Positions 30,561 to 38,675 of a DNA stretch of 64,000 bases are shown here, piece after piece. Under the pieces are notes generated by a model. That model did not search any database. It saw only the letters and a program-made list of their open reading frames with translations, and was not told the DNA's origin. Both the position numbers and the translations under genes were made by a program. This DNA comes from Alphaproteobacteria bacterium (GTDB lineage: Bacteria; Pseudomonadota; Alphaproteobacteria; JAAXGF01). Every line of letters starts with the position of its first letter. Positions within the stretch are counted from its first letter, which is position 1. The stretch is taken from the NCBI GenBank assembly GCA_963555825.3, contig CAUVXB020000001.1:256001-320000 (forward strand), given 5' to 3'.

Positions 30561-30712
30561 GGTCGTCTCCTTGGTCTCTATGATGAAGCCTGGCTTGAAC
30601 AGGCCTCATCCGGTTTCAATCTCTTTCTGTTTATGTATGTGGGGGTTTGCGCGATTATTGACAAACGACGATTCATCATGCGTTATATGAGAAATTCTAA
30701 GGTATATACGGC

Positions 30713-31612
30713 ATGGCCAGACGCCTTCCTCCGCTCAACGCGCTGCGCGCCTTCGAGGCTGCCGCGCGCCACCTGAGCTTCACCAAGGCGGCCGGCGAGC
30801 TGAGCGTCACGCCGGCCGCGGTGAGCCACCAAGTCAAGGCCCTCGAGGACTATTTCGGCATCCAGCTGTTCCGCCGCCTGACCCGCGCGCTGCTGCTCAC
30901 CGACGCCGGCCAGACGGCATTGCCGGCCTTGCGCGACGGCTTCGACAAGCTCGCCGAGGCGAGCGAGCGGCTGCGCGCGCATGATGCGCGCGGCATGCTC
31001 ACGGTCAGCGTCTCGCCGTCGTTCGCCGCCAAATGGCTGGTGCCGCGGCTCGACGACTTCCGGACCGTTCATCCCGACATCGACCTGCGCCTCGACGCCT
31101 CGGACACCATCGTCGATCTGGCGCGCGGCGAGGCCGATCTGTCGATCCGTTACGGGCCGGGCGGCTATCGCGACCTGCGCGTCGATCTGCTGTTCGAGGC
31201 CGAGGTCTTCCCGGTGTGCGCGCCCGGCCTGTGCGACGGGCAGCACCCCTTGCGCGAGCCCGCCGATCTACACCGGCACACGCTGCTGCACGTCGACTGG
31301 TCGGTGCAGGCGGAGACCTGGCCGGGCTGGCGCATGTGGCTGCTCGCGGCCGGCGCGGAGGGCGTCGACGCGACGCGCGGGCCGCGTTTCTCGCAGGAGA
31401 GCATGGCGGTCCAGTCGGCGGTCGACGGCCACGGCGTCGCGCTGACCTCGAGCGCGCTGGTGACCGACGACATCGCCGCCGGCCGATTGATTCGGCCCTT
31501 CGACCTCAGCCTGCCGCTCAGCTTCGGCTATTACCTGCTCGGCACCGAGGCGACCATCGACCACCCCAAGGTCGCCGCCTTCCGCGACTGGATTTTGGCG
31601 GCGGCGGGTTAG
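30713..31612 (+). CDS. LysR-family regulator, GcvA-like
   Basis: LPPLNALRAFEAAARHLSFTKAA...AVSHQVKALE; divergent from DUF1127. Confidence 0.92.
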   Translation: MARRLPPLNALRAFEAAARHLSFTKAAGELSVTPAAVSHQVKALEDYFGIQLFRRLTRALLLTDAGQTALPALRDGFDKLAEASERLRAHDARGMLTVSVSPSFAAKWLVPRLDDFRTVHPDIDLRLDASDTIVDLARGEADLSIRYGPGGYRDLRVDLLFEAEVFPVCAPGLCDGQHPLREPADLHRHTLLHVDWSVQAETWPGWRMWLLAAGAEGVDATRGPRFSQESMAVQSAVDGHGVALTSSALVTDDIAAGRLIRPFDLSLPLSFGYYLLGTEATIDHPKVAAFRDWILAAAG

Positions 31613-31844
31613 TCTGCCGGTTAGGGGTTCTGCCAAGGCGGCGGCCCAAACGCCCGCTCTTCAGCCGATCATGTCGCCTCGACACCCACCGGCAGACATC
31701 GGCGCAAGTCCATCGACGCTTTCGCTGCTTACTCAGAGCGGCCATTTATCGGCGACGCATCTGCTGGACGGTGCTACGATATTTGCGCGGTCTAGGAACT
31801 TCTCGGCCATAGCGACGTAAGGACGACCGTGGTCTGCATCCATG

Positions 31845-33499
31845 GGGTGCGAGTCTCGCATGGCAGTGATGTCTGCGGCTTGGTTCGTTGAGTTCAGGCA
31901 GCGATTGCCATGGCTGCTGCACGTGGACTGATGTTGTCGTTGGCCGGTGTGTCGGTTGCGCTGATCAGGGCCTTCCATGCCCGCTCGAAGCGGCCGGATT
32001 TGATCAGGGCGCGGAAGGTCAGAACAGCCTGTCCGCCGACGATCCGCCAGCGCATGCCGGAGCGCTTCATGCGCTGTGTCACCAGGGTCTTGTTGGCAGC
32101 TTCGACCACGCCTGAGCCGATGGCGATGCCCTCTTCCTTCAGGGCGTGGTAGCGCATGCGATGGCGATGCTTGCGGAAGAAGGCGAGTTCCCGCTCGGTC
32201 TCGGCCCGGTCCGGCGCAGCGGCGGCATCGCGAAGGTGGCGCAGCGCCCGGATCACCTTGGCGACGCCACGGGGATCGTGACGGAGGATCTCGCGGTACT
32301 TCTCGAACCAGCCGGGCGCCACGGCATGGTCGGACGCGGTTTGCAGATGTTCGCAAGCATGCCAGAAGTCGATCACCTCGGTTTCGGGCGACAGGGTCTC
32401 CAGGAAGGTCCAGTTGTCGGCGGCGCCATCGGCGATAGCGACGATCCCGATCTCGGGGCGTGCTCGCCTGATGTGTGCGACTTCGCTTGCAAGCTGCGCC
32501 TTCAGCGTGAGCTTGCCGCTCTCCGGCATGCGGCCGAGATAGAGGGTCTTCAGGCGCTTGCCCTCGGCGTCGTGGAAGGAGACCGTGCCGCAGGCAGCCT
32601 CGCGCCAGGAGGCCTTGGCGCGACCGTCCTCGCCGGGTCTCAGCGGCACCATGACGCCGTCGAGGGAGACCGAGGCGGTGGTCGCGTCCTGCGGGTATGC
32701 CCTCGGCCTCACGGATGCTGCCCAGCGTCTCCGGGCCGAGGCTCTCCCAGCATTCGTGCATGCTCAGGGTCAGGCGCTGCAGGGTGCTCACCGACGGCGT
32801 CATGGCGCCGGTCTTCGCAAAGAACGCCGCCGCTTCCCGGGCCGTGCAGTGACCCATCATCAGCAGACCGAGCTCGGCCGCCGGCCGCGTCAGGTAATCG
32901 TCGACGAGGCCCAGGCTCTCGTCGACCGGCACCGGCGATGCCCCGCTCGCGCCGCTGCGGTAACGCGCTCGCCGGTAGGTCACCGGACCGAGCGAGGTCA
33001 TGATCGTCTTCGGCGTCACCGCGACCCGGAACCAGCTCTGCCCGTCCCGCTCGATCCGGGAAGCGCCATCGTCCCGGTTCTCGATGACGGCGCCCATGAC
33101 ATCGCGAGCGAACTCGTTCGTGGCCTCACGCACCCGCAACTCGACCTCCTCGGGCGCCTCGGGGCGCGGCTCGGAACGAAGCTCCTCGCGACACAGTGCG
33201 AGCACCCGGGCGGCCGCCTCGACGACCCGAGGAGGCAGGCCGGAAAGATCGATGGACGAAGGCGCCGGAGGCGGGGATACTGCCATGGGAATGCTCCCGA
33301 TGTTGGGTTTCGAGACACGGCATCGTACCGCTTCTGGCGGTGCGGAGCGTTCCCACCTTCCCCTGCTCGACCCTGCCGTCGTGACAAAATCCTGCCTTGG
33401 AGCGGCCCATTGTCACGAATAGCCGATTTCGGCCGTTCGTCTCGACACAAAAAACGCACTAAATCAATGACTTAGATTTTCCATACCAGACCCACACCC
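31845..33499 (-). mobile_element. ISKra4/ISLre2-like element (1655 bp)
   Basis: IRs GGGTGCGAGTCTCGCATGG / CCATACCAGACCCACACCC; 8-bp TSD CATCCATG at 31837-31844 and 33500-33507. Confidence 0.88.
31894..33286 (-). pseudogene. ISKra4-like transposase with a frameshift near 32695
   Basis: VSLDG, ADGA, DFWHACEHL, IGSGVVEAANK..RMKRSGMRW; N- and C-halves lie in different frames at ATACCCGCAG. Confidence 0.82.
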
Positions 33500-33575
33500 C
33501 ATCCATGCCCTAAACCGCGGCCCGCCCGGGTGACACAGGCCGGATGATGGGCCATGAGGGTCTTCGTGGAGGTTT

Positions 33576-33740
33576 TTATGCGGATCCGCATAAGATGTTG
33601 TGATAACAAGACCCAAGAGGCGCAACCGGCTGATTCTCAAGGGGGTTATCGTCGCCGTATCTGCCGTTTTGACGGTAGGTTATAGGGACTGAAAACCGGG
33701 TTCCCGCATCTTATGCGGGCCCATCTAATCATTGTTAGAT
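33576..33740 (+). promoter_or_regulatory. Putative attI region of the integron
   Basis: Palindrome TTATGCGGATCCGCATAA (33576-33593), inverted copy CATCTTATGCGG (33707-33718), then ATCTAAT-CATT-G/TTAGAT with a GTTRRRY core at 33734-33740. Confidence 0.6.
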
Positions 33741-33760
33741 CTCACGGGACATTTCGAGAC

Positions 33761-36072
33761 ATGCCAGATGTAAATTTCGATGAGAAGCTCAAGCTAGTGG
33801 AGTTTGAGCTCCGAGCGCGAGTCGAATCGTACGTGTGGCAGCGTCTTTCGCGCCTAGGATGGACGTTGGGCATACTGGCGACGATTCTCGGTATTCTCGG
33901 CGTACCTACGGCGTTGAATCAAATTGAAGTATCGGTCGCAAGTGCCATCAAAGCGGAATTGAAAGAAGAAACCGAGGCACTGAAGGATCGAATTCAGAAG
34001 GATCTGGCGGGTCTCGCAATTGAGACTGAGAAGCTCCATCAAGAGGCGGAGAAAGGACGGACACTGCTGGCGCAGATCGCTTCTGACTCCGAGAAACTTC
34101 GTACCCTCCAGGAAAACTACGCCTCTCTTGAGCAGACGACCTCGGAACTCAGTGAGAGGATCAGGCAGACCCAGTTGGTGTCAGCGAAAGCAGCTAAGGA
34201 CACTGCTTCTCTCAAAAGCGACGTAACGGGCGCCGAGGGGATGTCCCGGTATTTGTTGAAACTTTGAATTAGGGTGGCGTTGCTTCCCCTGAGCCGTAGG
34301 CTCGGGGTGCTTAAACCAAGAAAGGAAGCAACACCATGAAGACGACTACCACATCCGCGACCGCGCTGGCCAGTGCGGCGAATGTTCACGCCCTTGTTAA
34401 AGAGGCCTTTGACGCGGTCGGGGCGAGCTTTGAGCGGTTCTGCCTGATGGCTGGCATTGAAAGCCTGACACAGATGCTGGGAGAAGACGTGGACACGCTT
34501 GCGGGTGGGCGATATGAGCACCGTCCAGACAAGCCTGGCTACCGATGGGGTCAGGCCAAGGCGCAGGTTGGGTTCCATGGGGGCAAGATCGAAGTTGATC
34601 GCCCGCGTGTCCGCAACAAGGCGACGGGTAAAGAGATGACGCTGCCGAGTTGGGAAGAGATTGCCGCTGGCGGCTTTCTCGATCAGTGGGCCGTGAACCT
34701 GATGGTGATGAACGTCGATTGTTCGGAGGCAGAAGCGCTGGATGGGGAAGTGCGACCCGACAATTTGGCCGGGCGGTGCGCCTGCCGGAAGCCCGGGTTC
34801 CGGCACAAGTTGGCAGCGGGCTTTCAAAGTCTGCGGTCTCACGTCGCTTCAAGGCCCTGACGCAGGCGCATTTCAATGATTGGATGGGGTCCGATCTGTC
34901 CGAGCACGACATCATTGCGATCCAGATCGACGGACTGCATCTGGACGATCGCCTATTGATGATCGGAGCCGTCGGCATTGACGTTTTGGGGGAAAAGCAC
35001 CCTCTGGGCGTCATTGAGGGGGCCACAGAGAACACCGCTACCGTGCAGGCCCTGCTCGATAACCTGATTGAGCGCGGCCTTGATCCGGAGGGCTGTTACC
35101 TCTTCATCGTGGACGGTGCCAAAGCGCTCACCAAGGCCATCCGGCGTACCTTCGGCGCAGACATCCCCATTCAGCGTTGCCAGATCCACAAGGCTCGCAA
35201 CATTACCGACAGGCTCGACCCGAAGCATCACGCAGCTGTGCGACGTGCTCTGAAGCAGGCATGGGAACTGGATGACGCCGACAAGGCTGAGCGCTTGATG
35301 CGCAATCTGGCGCGGAGGCTGGAGATGGAAGCGCCGGATGTGTCGAAATCGATCCTCGAAGGCATCGATGAAATCCTGACTGTCGTCAGACTTGGCCTTC
35401 CGTTGGAATTGCGGCGCTCACTGGCCAGTACCAACATCATTGAATCCATGAACAGCGTTATCCGCCGCGTCTGCCGAAATGTGAAGCGCTGGCGGGATGC
35501 AAAAATGGCCTTGCGCTGGACTTCCGCCGGGATGTTCGAAGCGCAGAAAGGCTTTCGCCGCATCAAAGCATACAAGCAACTGCCCATTCTCAAGCAAGCT
35601 CTCATCGATCACCGCGAAAAAGCCAAACTTGACCAGTTGAAGGACGCAGCATAACCTCCCATCAAGCAGCGCCGCTCAGGCGAGTTTCAACACAGACTGG
35701 GACATTCCCGGCGCCGAGGCAGAACCGGTTATTACAGAATGGAGCGGTAATGTCGCCGGTGATATGCTCGAAATTGGCGGCTCCAATTTTGGCGCGTCAC
35801 CCGGCAGGGTAACGATGTTCTGGATCGCTCACCCCTCGGCACCCTTCGTCCAGGATGATACGCTTTTCTCCGACGCGGTAGAGCTGGACGGGACAGACTC
35901 TGAAGTCTGGACGGATTCTGAAATTACGATACGTTACTCGGACGAAGTGAGAGAACGAGCAAGACAATGGGAAGCAGATCATGCCGGCGAGGAAACAAAT
36001 ATTATGGTAAGGATAACGACAGCCGACGGACGAAATGCTACCACGTCGGACCGACTTCCGGAGAGCCCCTAG
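33761..36072 (+). pseudogene. Integron cassette gene: TM + coiled coil + IPT/TIG-like domain (276 aa rebuilt), interrupted by IS256
   Basis: In-frame join VTGAE|AEPVITEW...GDMLEIGGSNFGASPGRV...WTDSEITI...VRITTADG; lower GC than the flanks. Confidence 0.8.
34237..35709 (+). mobile_element. IS256-family element with frameshifted transposase (34336-35654)
   Basis: 27-bp imperfect IR GGGGATGTCCCGGTATTTGTTGAAACT; 8-bp TSD GGCGCCGA; QIDG, VDGAKAL, QRCQIHK, STNIIES; 35-nt insert at 34717-34751. Confidence 0.9.
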
Positions 36073-36109
36073 GGTCAGTAGTTTAGCGTCGAATACTACA
36101 CCTATTCCG

Positions 36110-36166
36110 ATCTAACTTCTGGCTGAAGCCGACGCCGTGCCCGCGCGGCTGAGCCACACGTTCGTC
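36110..36166 (+). other. attC recombination site (57 bp)
   Basis: R'' ATCTAAC; arms TGGCTGAAGCCGACGC / GCGCGGCTGAGCCA with two extrahelical bases; R' GTTCGTC; R'' is complementary to GTTAGATC at the cassette start. Confidence 0.82.
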
Positions 36167-36425
36167 TTGCGAGCCTTCACGAACCGAGACTTGATTAGTT
36201 CCCGGTTGGCGGGGGGTACCAATAAGCTGAAGGTCCGCCTCGGGATTCGAAATCTCACGGCACTTCCGCATATGGCGAATCCCCGAAGCCGGGGCCACCG
36301 ACGAGTTGCTTCCGCTTTGCCCTCATGACCGGGTGTTCGGGTCCGCGCGGCATGTTTCGCGGATCAGATTTCAATCCGCGAGAGGCGACCCGTCGTCGCG
36401 GGCGGACGATGTCGATTGCTTCGCT

Positions 36426-38651
36426 TCAGCGCCGCGCCTTGCCTCGCCGCCCCTTGCCGCGGCCAGAACGCGGCGCCGGTCGGCGCGTCTTGCCGTCGGG
36501 TTCGCTGCCGCCCGAGATCAGCTCGAAGACCAGCCCGCCGGTGACGATCTCGGCCTCGCGCAGGCGCACCTCGACGGCGTCGCCCAGGCGCAGCACACGG
36601 TCGTCGCCGATCAGGCGCTGGTTGGCTTCGTCGTGGATGACGTCGCGCGCCAAGCTGCGCCTGGGCACGATGCCCTCGGCGCCGGTCTCGTCGAGCGCGA
36701 CGAACAGGCCGAAACGCGTGACGCCGACGATGCGGCCAGCGAACACGCCGCCGACGCGCTCGGCCATATAGGCCGCGGTGAAGCGCTCGACCGCGTCGCG
36801 CTCGGCGCCGGCGGCGCGGCGTTCTGTCACCGACAGATGTTCGCCAATCGCCTCGAAGCGGTCCTCGGCGCCCTCGGGCAGGCCGTCGGGACCGAGCTTT
36901 AAGCCGCCGATCATCGCGCGGTGGACCAGCAGGTCGGCGTAGCGCCGGATCGGCGAGGTGAAATGACTGTATCGCCTGAGACCGAGGCCGAAGTGGCCGA
37001 TGTTGCCCGGTTGGTAGGCGGCCTGCGACTGGCTGCGCAGGATCGCCAGATTGACGGCGGGGGCGTGCGGCAGATTCTCGACGCGGCGCAGCACCTCGGT
37101 GAAGTGGCTCGGGCTCGGCCGGTGGGTGTCGGCCAGGCGGTGGCCGAGGCTGGTCAGGAAGCCGCGCAGCTCGACCAGCTTCTCGGCGCTCGGCCGGTCG
37201 TGGACGCGGTACATGACCGGCGCGCGCAGCGCCTCGAGCGTCTCGGCGGCGGCGACGTTGGCGGCGATCATGAGTTCCTCGATCAACCGGTGGCTCATCA
37301 ACCGGGTCCGTGGCTTGATCTCGGCGACCTGGCCGTCGGCGTCGAGCACGATTTGGCGTTCGGGCAGATCGAGGTCGATCGTGCCGCGCTTCTCGCGCGC
37401 CCGGAGCAGCGCATCGAAGACGCCGTAGAGTGGCGCGATGACCGTCTCGACGAGCGCTGCGGTCGCCTCGTCGGGGTGGCCGTCATGCGCCGCCTGGACC
37501 TGTTGGTAGGTCAGGCGCGCCGCCGAGCGCATCAGGCCGCGCACCAAACGGTGGCGGGTTAGCGATCCGCCGCGGTCGATCCACAGGTGCATGGCGAGAC
37601 AGGGCCGCGGCTCGCCGGGCTTGAGCGAGCATAGCGTGTTCGACAATTCCTCGGGCAGCATCGGCACGACGCGGTCGGGCAGGTAGACCGAATTGCCACG
37701 CGCGAAGGCGGCGCGGTCGAGCGCGCTGCCCGGCCGCACGTAATGAGCGACGTCGGCGATCGCGACGATGGCGTGCCAGCCGCCTCGTCGTTCCGGGTCG
37801 GCCTGCGCCCAGACCGCGTCGTCGAAGTCGCGCGCGTCGGCGCCGTCGATGGTGACCAGGGGAATGTCGCGTATATCGTCGCGTCCGCCCGGCGTTTCGA
37901 CCGGCCGGGCGGCGGCCGCATCGGCCAGTGAGTCGGCCGGGAATTCGATCGGGATGTCGCGGCTGTGCAGTGCGATCAGGCCGATCGCGCGCGGGTCGCC
38001 GAGCGACGAGCCGAGCCGCTCGACGATCTTGCCCTGGGGCAGGCCGAGCCGGCCGCCGGGCAGCGCCTCGACGAGCACCAGCTCGCCCGGTTTGGCGCCG
38101 ATGGCATCGGTCATGGCGACGACGAACTCGGTCTTGACGCGGCGATCGGTCGGCTGCACCCGGCCTTCGCCGCCCTTGACGCGGTAGACGCCGAGCACGC
38201 GGCCCGTTTCGCGCGGCAGCCGGCGGATCGTGCGGCCCTCGTAGCGGTCGTTGCCCAGCTTGGTCAGCCGCGCGAGCACCCGATCGCCGATCGCGAGTCC
38301 GGATCGGCCGCGTTTCTCGGGCTGCATGATGACGTGCGGCGGTGCGCCTTCGCCGCGCCAGCCGACCGGCCGGGCGAGCGGCTCGCCATCGCCGTCGAGG
38401 CCGGTGATCTCGACGACGGATACCGGCGGCAGTCGCGACGTCGGGCTGAGCCGGCGGCCGCGGCCGCGATCGACCAGGCCATCGCGCTCGATCTCGCGCA
38501 GCATCTCCTTGAGCAACACGCGGTCGTTGCCGAGCAGGTTGAAGGCGCGCGCGATCTCGCGCTTGCCGACCGGGCCGGTGCTTTCTTCGATGAAGGCGAG
38601 CAGTTCGTCGCGGCTCGGCAGCTGCGTCAGCTTACGGAGCTTCTTAGCCAT
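36426..38651 (-). CDS. rnr: Ribonuclease R
   Basis: TIDGADARDFDDA, HFTSPIRRYADLLVHR, C-terminal S1 domain and basic tail. Confidence 0.96.
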   Translation of the reverse strand: MAKKLRKLTQLPSRDELLAFIEESTGPVGKREIARAFNLLGNDRVLLKEMLREIERDGLVDRGRGRRLSPTSRLPPVSVVEITGLDGDGEPLARPVGWRGEGAPPHVIMQPEKRGRSGLAIGDRVLARLTKLGNDRYEGRTIRRLPRETGRVLGVYRVKGGEGRVQPTDRRVKTEFVVAMTDAIGAKPGELVLVEALPGGRLGLPQGKIVERLGSSLGDPRAIGLIALHSRDIPIEFPADSLADAAAARPVETPGGRDDIRDIPLVTIDGADARDFDDAVWAQADPERRGGWHAIVAIADVAHYVRPGSALDRAAFARGNSVYLPDRVVPMLPEELSNTLCSLKPGEPRPCLAMHLWIDRGGSLTRHRLVRGLMRSAARLTYQQVQAAHDGHPDEATAALVETVIAPLYGVFDALLRAREKRGTIDLDLPERQIVLDADGQVAEIKPRTRLMSHRLIEELMIAANVAAAETLEALRAPVMYRVHDRPSAEKLVELRGFLTSLGHRLADTHRPSPSHFTEVLRRVENLPHAPAVNLAILRSQSQAAYQPGNIGHFGLGLRRYSHFTSPIRRYADLLVHRAMIGGLKLGPDGLPEGAEDRFEAIGEHLSVTERRAAGAERDAVERFTAAYMAERVGGVFAGRIVGVTRFGLFVALDETGAEGIVPRRSLARDVIHDEANQRLIGDDRVLRLGDAVEVRLREAEIVTGGLVFELISGGSEPDGKTRRPAPRSGRGKGRRGKARR

Positions 38652-38675
38652 CGCCGCCCCGTGACCCCGCGCCGC

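Larger units (their letters stand above)
31752..33557 (+). pseudogene. intI: Integron integrase (IntI) C-terminal remnant split by an IS
   Basis: 31752-31844 plus 33508-33557 read ATHLLDG/YDICAV*ELLGHSDVRTTVVCIH|ALNRGPPG*HRPDDGP*, matching IntI-type ATHLL.GYDIRTVQELLGHSDV.TTMIYTHVLNRGP.GVRSP.D. Confidence 0.75.

Noticed and set aside
31733-33286. 517-aa ORF as an intact transposase
   Set aside because: After about residue 197 it leaves the transposase frame; the catalytic motifs are in the 31894-32712 frame
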